Of a stretch of DNA of 64,000 nucleotides, positions 1 through 13,320 are shown piece after piece. The notes under the pieces were generated by a model that saw only the letters and a list, made by a program, of their open reading frames with translations, was not told the DNA's origin and ran no database searches. This DNA is from Squalus acanthias (Eukaryota): the NCBI GenBank assembly GCA_030390025.1, contig CM059431.1:150848001-150912000 (forward strand). The letters run 5' to 3'. The stretch's first letter is position 1. Every line of letters starts with the position of its first letter. A program made the position numbers and the translations under genes.

Positions 1-1230
1 ATCAACCAGTTTATTTGGACATGACTAAAGCTTTACAAATCCATGCTGGCTCTCTCTGATCAGTTCACGCTAGTCCAAGTGCTCAGTCACTCTGTCCCTA
101 ATAATAGATTCTAGTAACTTCCCCACAACAAACGTTAGACTAATATGGCTAAAATTTCCCAGTTTATCTCTATTACCCATCTTAAATAGTGGGCTGACAT
201 CGGCAATTTTCCAATGCAAGGGGACAATTCCTGAATCCAGAGAGTTTGAAAAGATCATGACTAGAGCATCTACAATTTCATCACCTGTTCCTTTTAATAC
301 CCGGGACTGGAAACCATCAGCTCCTGGAGACTTGTCCATCTTTATGCTCATTATTGTCTCCATTATCATTTACAAAACTTATATTAAATTTAGAAAGTTG
401 CTCTCCTTGATTTAGTTTTCCTTTTCCTTGTATCTCTGGTACTTTATCCTCATCCACTGCTGTGAAGATCGATAAAAGGTGAGTAATTAACAAATCTGCT
501 ATTTCTGCTTTTCAATTACAATATCATATGTATCTGTTTTAAGAGTCTCACATTAATCTTGGCCACCCTTTTACTCTTAATTCACTTGTAAAAAAAACTT
601 TAGTTTTGTCCTTGCTTCACCTCGCAAGTTTATCCTTTTATTCCCTATTAGAAGCTCGGATGACTTTCTTTGCATCCCTTTGCTGTTCTTTATATCTCCC
701 CTAGCCCTCGAGATATTCACTGTTCTTTGCGTTAATATAAGCCCTTTTGTTTTATTTCAGACTATCCATCACGTCTCTTGTTGACCAAGGTTCTTTATGT
801 AAACAAGTAGCGCTCTTGCCCTATAAAGGTATGCACAGGTGTAGTGTTCTATCAAATATGTAGTTGAAAACCTCTCACCATTCATCTGTAGTTTTAGCCA
901 TGACATGTTCAGAGATGTTTATTTTGGTCAATTTTTGCCTCACCCCTCTAACGTTCATTTGACCTAAATTTAGAACCTTGATTCGTGACTCATCTTTCTG
1001 CCTCTCATGACTAATAATGTTATGGTCACAGTTAGCTAGGTGTTCCTTACCGTTATCTTATTGGAAGATTCGGGGCCCATTACTCATCACTAAATCTAGT
1101 AAGACCTGATTTCTTGTTGGGTCAAATACATAATGTTACAAAAAGATTGAGGTACAGAGTAGCCATTGAATGGCGAAGTAGGCGCCAGAGGGTGTATCCC
1201 TGTTCTTAATGTTCCTGTTTTCCTGTGAAA
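1..1230 (-). mobile_element. Degenerate CR1 LINE ORF2 fragment (endonuclease end to RT start)
   Basis: ORF 70..369 reads KSPGADG...WKIADVSPLFKMG..DKLGNF..ISLTFVVGKLLESIIRD, typical of the CR1 pre-RT region; flanking sequence is decayed CR1-like. Confidence 0.8.
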
Positions 1231-1264
1231 TTGGATATTGAAGCTTAATATAATGGGTGTGTTA

Positions 1265-3181
1265 CAAGAACGAGGCACCTTGGGGAGGAGCGATCATAAT
1301 ATGATAGAATTCTTCATTAAGATGGAGAGTGAATCAGTTGACTCAGAAACTAGGGTCCTGAATTTAAATTAAAAAAACTACGATGGTGTGAGGCGCGAAT
1401 TGGCTAGGATGGATTAGGGAACGTTACTTAAAGGGTTGATGGTGGATAGGCAATGGCAAACATTTAAAGATCGCATGAATGAACTACAGAATTTGTTCAT
1501 CCCAGATCGGCATTAAAAAAAAGGTGACTCAAGCGTGGCTAACAAGGGAAATTAGGGATAGCATAAGAGCCAAGGAGAGGACATATAAATTGGCCAGAAA
1601 AAGCAGCAAACCTGAGGATTGGGAGCAGTTTAGGATTCAGCAAAGGAGAACAAAGGGATTAATTAAGAGGGGGAGAATAGAGTATGAGAGTAAGCTTGCT
1701 GGGAACATAAAAACTGACTGTAAAAGCTTCTATAGATATGTAAAGCTAAAAAGATTAGTGAAGTCAAGCGTAGGTCCCTTGCAGTCAGAATCAGGGGAAT
1801 TTATAATGGGGAACAAAGAAATGGCGGACCAATTAAATACATACTTTGGTTCTGTCTTCACAAAGGAGGACACAAATAACCTCCCAGAGATGTCAGGGGA
1901 TATAGGGTCTAATGAGAGGGAACAACTGAATTAAATCAGTATTTGGAGGGAAATGGTGTTCGGGAAATTGACAAGATTGAAGGCCGATAAATCACCAGGG
2001 CCTGATAATCTACATCCTAGGGTACTTAAGGAAGTGGCCCTAGAAATAGTAAATGCATTGCTGATCATCTTCCAAAATTCTATAGAGTCTGGAACATTTC
2101 CCATGGATTGGAGGGTAGCTAATGTAACCCCACTATTTAAAAAAGGTGGGAGAGAGAAAACGGGGAATTATAGACCGTTAAGTCTGACATCGATAGTGGG
2201 GAAAATGCTGGAGTCCATTATAAAAGATGTAATAGCAGAGCACTTGGAAAACAATGATAGGATCGGACAAAGCCAACATGGATTTTCAAAAGGTAAATCA
2301 TGCTTGACTAATCTACTGGAATGTTTTGAGGATGTAACTGATAGAATACTGAAGGGAGAACCAGAGGATGGGGTGTATTTGGACTTTCAGAAGGCTTTCG
2401 ATAAGGTCCCGAATAAGAGATTAGCGTGCAGTTAAAGCACATGGGATTGGGGGTAAGGTATTGACTTGGATAAGAACTCGTTGGCAGACAGGAAGCAAAG
2501 AGTTGGAATAAACGGGTCTTTTTCCGAGTGGCAGGCAGTGACTAGTGGGGTACCGCAGGGTTCGGTGCTCGGAACCCAGTTATTCACAATATATATTAAT
2601 GATCTAGATGAGGAAACTAGATGTAATATCTCCAAGTTTGCAGACGACACAAAGCTGGGTGGGCGTGTGTGTTGTGAGGAGGATGCAGAGAAACTCCAGT
2701 ATGATTTGGACATGTTGGGTGATTGGGCAGATGCATGGCAGATGCAGTATAATGAGAATAAATGCGAGGTTATCCACTTTGGTGGCAAAAACAGGAAGGC
2801 AGATTATTATCTGAACGGCAATAGATTGGGAAAAGGGGACGTGCAACGAGACCTGGGAATACTTGTGCACCAGTCGTTGAAAGTAAGCATGCAGGTGCAG
2901 CAGGCGGTTAAGAAGGCAAATGGTATGTTGGCCTTCATAGCGAGAGGATTCGAGTACAGGAGCAAGGATGTCTTGCTGCAGTTGTACAGGGCCTTATTGA
3001 GACCACATCTTGAGTATTGTGTGCAGTTTTGGTCGCCTTATCTGAGGAAGGATATTCTTGCCATGGAGGGTGTGCAGCGAAGATTCACCAGACTGATACC
3101 TGGGATGGCAGGAATGACGTATGAAGAGAGATTGGGACGATTGAGCTTGTATTCGCATGAGTTTAGAAGAATGATAGGGGA
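1265..3181 (+). mobile_element. CR1 LINE ORF2 (5' part of a host element interrupted at 3181)
   Basis: ORFs 1479, 1953, 2466: [57 protein letters not shown]; stops and frameshifts present. Confidence 0.95.
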
Positions 3182-6100
3182 CGTCGTGGATAGCACGTTT
3201 AGCAAGTTAGTCACACCACAGGTAAAGGGTGTACAGGCAGGAAGTGAATGGGTGACCACCAGGCAGAGTAAGACATTCAGGCAGGCAGTGCAAGGGTCCC
3301 CTGTGGCCATTCCCCTCTCAAACAGATATATCACTTTGGATACTGTTGGGGGGGATGAATTATCAGGGGAAGGCAGCAACAGACAATTTCCTGGCAACAT
3401 GGGTGGCTCTGCTGCACAGGCTGGGAGGAAAAAGTGTAGAAGAGCTATAGTGATAGGGGACTCAATTGTAAGGGGAATAGATAGGCGTTTCAGCGGCCGC
3501 AAACGAGACTCCAGGATGGTGTATTGCCTCCCAGGTGCAAGGGTCAAGGACGTCTCGGAGCGGCTGCAGAACATTTTGGAGGGGTAGGGCGAACAGCCAG
3601 TTGTCGTGGTGCACATAGGCATCAACGATATAGGTAAAAAACGGGATTAGGTCCTAAAAGCAGAATATAGGGAGTTAGGAGGTAAATTAAAAAATAGGAA
3701 CTCAAAGGTTGTAATCTCTCAGGATTGCTGCCAGTGCCACGTGCTGGTCAGAGTAGAAATAGGAGGATATTTCAAATGAATACGTGGCTGGAGGAATGGT
3801 GCAAGTGGGAGGGTTTCAATTCCTTGGACATTGGAACCGGTTCTGGGGGAGGTGGGACCAGTACAAACTGGACGGTCTGCACCTGGGCAGGGCCGGGACC
3901 GATGTCCTAGGGGGAGTGTTTGCTAGTGCTGTTGGTGGGGGGGGGGGGAGTTAAACTAAAGTGGCAGGGGGTTGGGAACCTGAGCATGGAGACAGAGGAA
4001 AGGGAAACAAGGATAAAAGCAAAAGACAGGAGGGAGAAAAACAAAAGTAGAAGTCAAAGAACTCAACGGTTTAAATCAAACATGGTCACTGTAAATAATA
4101 ATTCATATTGGTCTGAGAGCATTAAAAAAACAAGCCTGAAGGCTTTCTGTCTTAATGCAAGGAGCATTCGGAACAAGGTGGATGAATTAGCTGCACAAAT
4201 ATGGTAAATGAATACGATTTCATTGGGATTACAGAAACATGGCTCCAGGGTGGCCAAGGCTGGGAACCCAACATCCAGGGGTATTCAATATTTAGGAAAG
4301 ATAGGCAAAAAAGAAAGGGAGGTGGGGTAGCATTGCTGGTTAAAGAGGGGATTAACACAATTGAAAGGAAGGATATTAGCTCTGATGATGCGGAATCTGT
4401 ATGGGTAGTACTGAGATATATCAAGGGGCAGAAAACGTTAGTGGGAGCGGTATATAGACCTCCAAACAGTAATACGGAGGTTTGGGACGACATTAAAATG
4501 GAAATTAGAGAAGCATGCAGTAAGGGCACAGCAGTCATCATGGGTGACTTTAATTTACATATAGATTGGGCTAACCAACTTAGTAAAAATACTGTGGAGG
4601 AGGAATTCCTAGAATGTTTACGGGATGGTTTTCTAGAACAATATGTCGAGGAACCAAACAGAGATCAGGCCATCTTAGACTGTGTATTATGTAACGAGAA
4701 AGGTTTAATTAGCAATCTTGTTGTACGAGGCCCCTTGTGTCAGAGTGATCATAATATGATAGAATTCTTCATTCGGATGGAGAGTGAAGTAGTTGAATCA
4801 GAGACTAGGGTCCTGAATTTAAATAAAGGAAACTTGGATGGTGTGAGGCGCGATTTGGGTAGGATTGATTGGGGAATGTCACTCAAAGGGTTGACGGTGG
4901 ATAGGCAATGACAAACATTCAAAGACTGCATGGATGAACTACAGAATGTTTTCATCCCAGTGTGGCATAAGGATAAAACAAAAAGGGTCACTCAACAGTG
5001 GCTAACAAGGGAAATTATGGATATATTAAGATCCAGGAGAGGGCATATAAATTGGTCAGAAAAAGCGGTAACCCTGATGATTGTGAGCAGTTTAGCATTC
5101 AACAAAGGAGGTCAAAGGGATTAATTAAGAAGGAGAAAATTGAATATGAAAGGAAGCTTGCTGGGAACATAAAAACTGACTGTAAGAGCTTTTATACATA
5201 TGTGAAGAGAAAAAGATTAGCGAAGTCAAGTGTAGGTTCACTTGCAGTCAGAAGCGGGGGAAGTTAGAATCGGGAACAAAGAAATGGCTGACAAATTAAA
5301 TGCATATTTTGGTTCTCTCTTCACAAAGGAGGACACAAATAACCTCACAGAGATGTTGGAGAACATAGCGTCTGATGAAAGGGAGGAACTAAAAGAAATC
5401 AGTATTTGCAGGGAAATGGTGTTAGGGAAATTGACGAGTATGAAGGCCGATAAATCCCAGGGCCTGATAATCTACATCCTAGGGTACTTCTAGGAAGTGG
5501 CCCTAGAAATAGTAGATGCATTGCTGATCATCTTCCAACATTCGATGGAATCTGGAACTGTACCCACGGATTGGAGGGTAGCTAATGTTACCCCACTATT
5601 CAAAAAGGGTGGTAGAGAGAAAGCGGGGAATTACAGACCGGTAAGCCTAACATCGATAGTGGGGAAAATGCTAGAGTCCATTATAAAGGATGTAACAGCT
5701 GAGCACTTGAAAAACAGTGACAGGATCGGACAAAGTCAACATGGATTTAGAAAAGTTAAATCGTGCTTGACTAATCGACTGGAATTTTTTGAGAATGTAA
5801 CTGGGAAAATAGATAAGGGAGAACCAGTAGATGTGGTGTATTTGGACTTTCAAAAGGCTTTCGATAAGGTGCCACATAAGAGATTAGCGTGTAAAGTTAA
5901 GTCACATGGGATTGCGGGCAAGGTATTGACTTGAATAGAGAACTGGTTGGCGAACAGAAAGCAGAGAGTAGGAATTAATGGGTCTTTTTCCGAGTGGCAG
6001 GCAGTGACTTGCTGGGTACCGCAGGGTTCGGTCCTTGGACCCCAGCTATTCACAATATACATTAATGATCTAGATAAGGGAACTAAATGTAATATCTCCA

Positions 6101-7039
6101 AGTTTGCAGACGACACAAAGCTGGGTGGGCTTGTGTGCTGCGAGAAGGATACTGAGAAACTCCAGGATGATTTGGACAGGTTGGGTGAGTGGGCAGATGC
6201 ATGGCAGATGCAATATAACGTGGATAAATGCGAGGTTATCCACTTTGGTGTCAAAAACAGAAAGGCAAACTATTATCTGAATGGCAATAGAGTGGGAGAA
6301 GGGGAAGTGCAACGAGACCTGGGTGTCCTTGTGCACCAGTCGCTGAAGGTAACCATGCAGGTGCAGCAGGCGGTGAAGAAGGCAATGGTATGTTGGCCTT
6401 CATAGCGAAAGGGTTTGAGTATAGGAACAGGGATTTCCTGCTGCAGTTGTATAGGGCCTTGGTGAGACCACACCTTGAGTACTGTGTGCAGTTTTGGTCG
6501 CCTTATCTGAGGAAGGATGTTCTTGCCATGGAAGGAGTTCAGCGAAGATTCAGAAGGCTGATACCTGGGATGGCAGGAAAGACATATGAGGAGAGATTGC
6601 GTCGATTGTGCTTATACTCGCTGGAGTATAGAAGAATGAGAGGGGATCTCATCGAAACATATACAATTCTGACAGGTCTGGACAAACTAGATGCAGGAAG
6701 AATGTTCCCGATGATCGGAGAGTCCAGAACCAGGCATCATAATCTAAGGATAAGGGGTAAGCCATTTAGGACAGAAATGAGGAAGAATTTCTTCACCCAG
6801 AGATTGGTGAACCTGTGGTATTCTCTACCACAGAAGGTAGTTGAGGCCAAGTGATTAAATATATTCAAGAATGAGTTAGATATATTTCTTAAAGCTAAAG
6901 GTATCAAGGGATATGGGGAGAAGGCAGGTACAGGGTACTGAGTTTGGATGATCAGCCATTTACTCATCGAATGGCGGAGCAGGCTCGAGGGGCCGAATGG
7001 CCTACTCCAGCTCCTATCTTCTATGTTTTTATGTTTCTG
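3182..7039 (+). mobile_element. Near-full CR1 LINE (5'-truncated ORF1 SGNH/GDSL esterase + ORF2 APE-RT + 3' tail), decayed, nested in another CR1
   Basis: IVIGDSIVRG...CLPGARVKDV (esterase); LNARSIRNK, GITETWL, MGDFN, SDHN (APE); FADDTKL (RT); 3' tail ctatgttt-like repeats ending about 7039. Confidence 0.95.
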
Positions 7040-7437
7040 TGATCTAATTGAAACTTATAAAATTCTAACTGGTCTAGACAGACTAGATGCAGGAAGGATG
7101 TTCCCGATCGCGGGGGAGTCCGGAACCAGAAGTCACAGTCTAAGGATAAGGGGTAAGCCATGTAGGCCTGAGATGACGAGGAATTTCTTCACCCAGAGAG
7201 TGGTGAACCTGTGGAATTCTCTACCACAGCAGACAGTTGAGGCCAATTCATTAAATATATTCAAGAAGGAGTTGGATATATTTCTAAAGGCTAAAGGCAT
7301 CAAGTGATATGGGGAGAAAGCAGGGACAGGGTACTGAATTTGGATGATCAGTCATGATCTAATTAAATGGTGGGGCAGGCTCGAGGGGCCAAAAGGCCTA
7401 CTCCTGCTCCTATCTTCTATACTTCTTTGTTTCGATG
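7040..7437 (+). mobile_element. 3' end of the CR1 that starts at 1265
   Basis: Begins gatctaattgaaac (DLIETYK), where the first element stopped (agaatgatagggga, RMIG); ends in a CR1 tail. Confidence 0.85.
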
Positions 7438-8559
7438 TAATAACAATCCTGGGGGCATTGTAAGACGCGCAGCTCTAAACAGATTCATGAAGCAATCAGA
7501 AGTGAAAAGAGATATAACTTTTACAGAGAAGGATAGTGATGGAGACACACGGTAAATACGGAAACTTTCAGATACGCGTTGGACAGACGGACAAAGATGA
7601 ATCTCAAAAAAAGCACATCTGCAGATTGTAACATTAACTGCAAGAATTTGTTCCAGTACTATACACCAAAAACAAGATGGAGATCAGAGGAGAGTCGCAT
7701 AGCAATATAAGGATGTCAAATCAAATCAATTATCAAATCAAACCAATCAATGATCAGAACCACTCTGTTGCACTTGTGTGAAATGACCAGTTTCCATGTT
7801 GGATCTTCTGTCGAATTTCGAACCGGTTCTGCTGATTTAGTGCGAATTTATGCCTGATTTGCTGCAGTTACCTTGTGCACTCAGTCCTCTAAAGGGCTGG
7901 GTGGGAAATGTGCTAACTTATCTCAGTGAGGACCACTCCAGCCAGCAGAGAGAAGCCCCTACCCTCCATCATTCTAGGCGTGATGTGCAGAAATTTCACT
8001 CGTTAATGAGAGTGCAATCCCATTGAATGACCCAGACCCCTCTACAGCGGAAAGTATCCGGTTTACCAACTGTCACCAACGTACATTTTGATTCCGCTCT
8101 CAATAGGAAGATAACGTTTACCAAGACCAGTAAACATTATCACTACATGAGTCCAGCGAGAGATAGCCACATTATATTTCCTTCAGTATATAATGCGAAA
8201 GACCAGTAACTCCAAGTTGACGCACAACAGGAATTCTGCTCTCCAATCTCCAGCGAGAGAATTCGGAAGTTCCGGGGAGACAGGGTTGTTTTAATTTTAC
8301 AACAGTTTGTGTCCCTTTGAGAATTCCCTGTCCTGTACAGACAAGGATGGAAAAACCTGTTAAATAATGTGTACATACACAGAAGCATCGTAAGGTAGTC
8401 CTATTGTTTTTAGATGAATCAATGAGCCTGATATAGTTTAGGCTTTCCAGGTTAAGCTTCTGTAAGGATTAAATGACCTTAGGATGTTAAGAGACCGGCA
8501 CAGCAAAATTCTAATCATGTAACTTTCGAAGCATGAAGTAAAGTTAAGAATATATAAAA

Positions 8560-8775
8560 AGAAAGACTTGTGGTTATATAGCACATTTCAAGACATAAAA
8601 ACGTCCCAAAGCACTGTACAGGATGTTTGAAGTCTAGTCACTGTTGTAATGTGGGAAACGCCGCAGTCAATTTGCGCAGAGCAAGGACCGACAAACAGCA
8701 ATGTGATAATGACCAGATTATCTGTTTTAATGATGTCAGTTGAGGGGTAAATAATGGCCAGGACTCCCCTGCTCT
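8560..8775 (-). mobile_element. Deu-domain SINE 3' fragment
   Basis: Reverse-complement similarity to the 3' half of the SINE at 9790-10230 (gctttgggacgt, ctggtcatt). Confidence 0.7.
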
Positions 8776-8831
8776 ACTTCGATATACTGGATCATTTGAA
8801 TGTCGAACGTCAAATCCCCTGTAATGTTAAG

Positions 8832-9400
8832 GAACACTTGGAGTACTGCATAGAATTCTGCTCGCCATATTATAAAAAGGACATAGAGGCACAGGAGTGG
8901 GTGCAAAATAGATTCACAAGGATGATACCAGAAATGCGAGTGTATACCTATCAGAAAAGGATGAACAGGCTGGGTTTTTTTTCTCTTGAAAAGAGAGGGC
9001 TGAGGGGTTACCTAATAAAGGTCTTTAAAATTATGAAAAGTTTTGATAGAGTAGATACAGAGAGAGTGTTTCCACTTGTTGGGAAGAGCAAAACTAGACA
9101 TTATCCACATAAGATAGTCACCAAGAATTCAAATAGGGAAATCAGAAAGAACTTGTTTACCCAGAGAGTGGTGAGAATGTGGAACTCGCTACCACAGGGA
9201 GTGGTTGAGGGAAATAGTATAGATGTGTTTAAGGGGACGCTAGATAAGCATATGAGGGAGAAGGGAGTAGAAGGTTATGCTGATAGAGTTGGATGAGGAA
9301 AGACGGGAAGAGACTCGAGTGGAGCATAAACGCTGACATGGACTGGTTGCGCCGAATGGCCTGGTTCTAGGCTGTATATCCTATGTAATCCTATGTAATA
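8832..9400 (+). mobile_element. CR1 LINE 3' fragment
   Basis: HLEYCIEFCSP...FTQRVVRMWNSLP; tail (cctatgtaat)n. Confidence 0.9.
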
Positions 9401-9789
9401 TGTAATTAGATTTGGGTGACTTGCTGTGTGCCTCATTGGTTGCTGTATATTTCTCCCTAACAAGAGTAGCCACTCTTGAAACACAAATGATAGGCAGTGA
9501 AACACATTTTGCGCCCCGAGGAATTAAAACGCTATAAGATACAATTACCTTTTTAGTTCTATAAGAAAGGTTACATTTTCAGATTCACAGTAAGTACTTA
9601 ATCGTACAGAGAAATACATTGAAGTATTGAAGTTTGAACACGGAAACAGGCGACTGCGCCCAAAAAGTCCATGTCCGTGGTTACCTTCCGTCCCGCAAAT
9701 ACATCTAATCAGAGCTACCCGCCCTGGTGCCACATCCCTTCAATACTTTTTTCCTTCAACTGCCTATCATATATCATTTAGGTGTCAAA

Positions 9790-10230
9790 TGTTGCTCAGT
9801 GGGAGCACTCATGCATCTGAACCAGATGGTCATGGGTTCAAGAGACCTGAGCACAAGATCTAAGCCGACACTCCAGTGCAGTACAGAGGGAGTGCTGAAA
9901 TGCCGTAAGTGCTGTGTTTCGGGATGAGACTTTAAATTGAGACACCGCCTGTCTTCTCTGACTGACGTAAAAGATCCCATGGTGCTCCCGGAAGAAGTGC
10001 TGGGGAGGTCTGCAGGTGTCCCAACCAATATTTATCCCTTTACCAACATTCATTAAAACAGATTGTCTGGTCATCGTCTCATTATTGTTTGTGGGATATT
10101 GTCGTGCTCATATTGGCTGCGATTTTCCTACATTACAACAACTTCCAAAGTAGTTCATTGGCTGTAAAGCGCTTTGGGACGTCCTGAGTTCCTGCAACGT
10201 GCGATATAAATCCAAATTATTTATTTCTTT
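9790..10230 (+). mobile_element. tRNA-headed Deu-domain SINE (SacSINE1/AmnSINE-like)
   Basis: Head with gctcagtgg...gggttcaag (A/B-box-like); core tttcgggatgagac...aaagatcccatgg resembles the Deu domain (from memory); L2-like tail gcgctttgggacgt...tataaat. Confidence 0.75.
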
Positions 10231-10501
10231 TAATCTTGAGTGTTGACATGATTTGTGTCCCAGCCATTGTCCTATCATTTGAGGCATAACCGTAACTTAA
10301 GTGTATCAGCAGCTTTAGCTGGATTTACCTTGCTTACAGCATCACAGAGCGATGTTTAAATCTAAGTTTGCAGTAAGATCGGACACGGCCGAGTGTTGCA
10401 GTTTGTATTCAACGTGTTACTGGAAACACCCCAGTATTTTGGCTGTTGCTATGACATCTAATCATGAAATCTCCCAGTCCTTTCTTCTGCCCATTCATTT
10501 A

Positions 10502-10657
10502 GGGCTTGAAATTCGTCTAGGGCGCTGGCGTAAAACGGGCGGTATCGGATCGGCAGCCCGTTACACGCAGCGCCTGATATTCAGTTCTATTACAGTCGAT
10601 GGAACTGAATCCGATACCCCACGTTTTTCGCCAACGCCCTAGACGAATTACCCGGCC
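10502..10657. mobile_element. Hairpin MITE, PIF/Harbinger-like
   Basis: About 55-bp imperfect inverted arms (aattcgtctagggcg / cgccctagacgaatt); TTA on both sides (10499-10501, 10658-10660). Confidence 0.75.
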
Positions 10658-10660
10658 TTA

Positions 10661-10860
10661 ATCTAGTAATGTCTCTTTGTAATTGTATGCACTCGGCTAC
10701 ACTACTTACTATGCCACCAATCTGTGATTCATCGGCGGACTTGCATATGTGGCTCTCCATTGATTTATCGAAATCATAAATACTTATAGTTAATAGTTGA
10801 ATCACCAGCACAGTTCTTGGTGGGTCACCACGATTCACTTCCCTCCAATTCGAGTACATA
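10661..10860 (-). mobile_element. Old CR1 RT fragment
   Basis: IYDFDKSMESHICKSADESQIGG...LQRDITRL, a decayed INDLD...KFADDTK motif. Confidence 0.7.
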
Positions 10861-10944
10861 TACGTTATGCACATCACAAGGAAAAAAATACGTTCGCTAG
10901 TCCGTATTAGCACCCATAAACATAGATAACAAGGAAGAATACAT

Positions 10945-11070
10945 TGGCCCGGAATTTCAGATGCCTACGGGTGTGTACGAGCTGTGTGCTGAAAACCGGC
11001 ACTTCCGATCTGTCAAGAATCATGAGTCATAATGTCTCGGGTTGAAGCCCGCCCCAGAGACCGAACAAAC
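10945..11070. mobile_element. Internally deleted relative of the TIR element at 20741-21482
   Basis: tggcccggaatttcagatgcctacgggtg...gctgaaaaccgg...cgatctgtc matches the reverse complement of 21360-21482. Confidence 0.6.
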
Positions 11071-11157
11071 ATTCCATACTGACACTCAGATGAAAAGATG
11101 CACCGAGCCCAATTGTAATATTGCAAGAAGAGTAGGGGAGTTGTGTTGGTACACGGG

Positions 11158-11672
11158 ACATAGAAACATAGAAACATAGAAAAATAGGAGCAGCAGTAGG
11201 CCATTCTGCCCTTCGAGCTGCTCCGCCATTCTATATGATCGTGGCTGATCCTCTATCTCAATACCATATTCCCGCTCTCTCCCCATACCCCTTGATGCTT
11301 TTTGTGTCTAGAAATCTATCTATCTCCTTCTTAAATATATTCAGTGACTTGGCCTCCACAGCTTTCTGTGGTACAGAATTCCACAGGTTCACCACCCTCT
11401 GAGTGAAGAAATTGCTCCTCATCTCAGTCCTAAATGTCCTACCACGTGACCCCTCGTTCTAGCTCACCCCCCCACCCCCCGCCCACAACCAGGGGAAACA
11501 TCCTCCCTGCATCCAGCCTGTCTAGCCCTGTCAGCATTTTACACGTTTCAATGAGACCCCCTCTCATTCTTCTAAACTCTAGTGAATACAGGCCTAGTCG
11601 ACCGAATCTATCCTCATCCGACAGTCCTGCAATCCCAGGAATTTTCCTGGTGTGCCTTCCCTGCACTCCCTC
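11158..11672 (-). mobile_element. CR1 LINE 3' fragment
   Basis: (catagaaa)3 tail; GLYSLEFRRMRGGLIE on the minus strand. Confidence 0.9.
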
Positions 11673-12799
11673 TTGAAACATGGAGAAGGAAGATTCAGAG
11701 AGCTTGATGGGAAACTAACAGTTAGCTGAGCATACAAAATAAAAGCATCAGGTAACTGAGATGTTAAAAAATAGTTTAGCAAAAAAATAGGTGGGAAATT
11801 AAACTTGTTTAGCATAGAGAATATTAAACATTATTGCGAAAGTGTGTGTGTGTGTGCGTAATTAATTGAAATAAAGCATTGTACCTGGACCCTGGAAGCG
11901 TGCCAGAAGAAAGCCTTTCGGCTGTAAACGTTTGAAAGAAAATAAGTTCTAAAAATGCAACTGCTTTTCACACAGAAAGCAGACAGATGAAAGAATTAGG
12001 ACAGACGAGATAAGGGAATGCAACGTGCAGGATAACCTAGGCCTTGGATCAGTCTAGTGACAATGGAAAGTTACTGAAGGGAGGGTGTCATGATAAATCA
12101 GGTGGCAGAAGGAATCCAATCAAGGGAGAAGAAGCAGATTAAATTTTACTAGGGGAACAAAAATCATGTAAAAAGAGACATTTTGTGCTTGGAAAAATGC
12201 ATGTCTACATTCCTGTATTCGTATCTGTTAAATCTACTCTGCTGGTAACGTGCTTTGCATGCTGACTGAAGAAATAGAGGGATTGAACCTGAAGCAACGA
12301 CTAAATACATTACGACTCATGTAAAAAGAAAATATGTGTGTTTTACCAAGATTACTGGCGAGCCACCAGGGCCTCAACTTTCAGCTTTTTCTTTGAACAC
12401 TGGGGGCTCATAGACATCGGATAGAAGGAACCTCATGCATCAAGAACACAATTGCGAGCGAGCTCTGTGTCAGGAGGTAAACTACGACCGCCGTCTGCAT
12501 CTTACGGTAACAACTACGCTGCAGAGTACAGGATGAATAACATAAGTAAGTATGTGCTGTATACATTTTGTATTTTATACTGGGAGTAGAACAGGTACAA
12601 AAGTATGGGGTGCTCTGAAGTAACAGTGGAGGAAACATTGTGCTCGCCACGTACACCACAATCTCTTACAGACATCACAGACATTCTGGCCTGGACTGAT
12701 AAGTGGCAAGTAACATTCTTGCCACACAAGTGCCAGGGTGTGCTTTGTCCTCAATACAGTGAGATTACTTTTTAGGTGATTTCCTCAGTTAACTTTTAT

Positions 12800-13320
12800 T
12801 TTAAATCAATGGGAGCACACAATTACAAAGAGATATTAATAGATTAAGTAAATGGTCAAAAACTGTGGCAAATGAATTTCAATACAGGCAAACGTGAGTT
12901 CATCCACTTTGAACATAAAAGAATAGAAAAGAGTACTTTCTAAATGGAGAAAAGCTAGAAACAGTGGCGGTCCAAAGAGACTTGGGTGTCCATGTACAGA
13001 GATCATTAAAATGTCATGGATAGATACAGAAATAATCAAACAGGCTAATGGAATGCTGGCCTTTATAGCTGGAGGACTAGAATACAAGAGGGAAGAATTT
13101 ATGCTACAGCTATACAAATCCCTCGTTAGACCATACTTTAGGAAGGATATATTGGCCTTGGATGGAGTGCAGCGTAGATTTGCCAGAAACTATTTATGTT
13201 AAATTACGAGCAGAGATTAAATAAACGACGGTGGTATTCCCTGGAATTTAGACGGTAAGGGGTGATTTGATCGAAGCTTTCAAGGTATTAAGGGGAACTG
13301 ATGGGGTAGATAGAGAGCTA
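12800..13320 (+). mobile_element. CR1 LINE fragment
   Basis: QANGMLAFIAGGLEYK...LQLYKSLVRP. Confidence 0.85.

Noticed and set aside
2432..6473. Numerous minus-strand ORFs (e.g. PPSFVSSANLEILH)
   Set aside because: Antisense shadow frames of CR1 RT.
6390..7437. Tandem duplication of a CR1 3' end
   Set aside because: Better explained by nesting: the second tail belongs to the host element interrupted at 3181.
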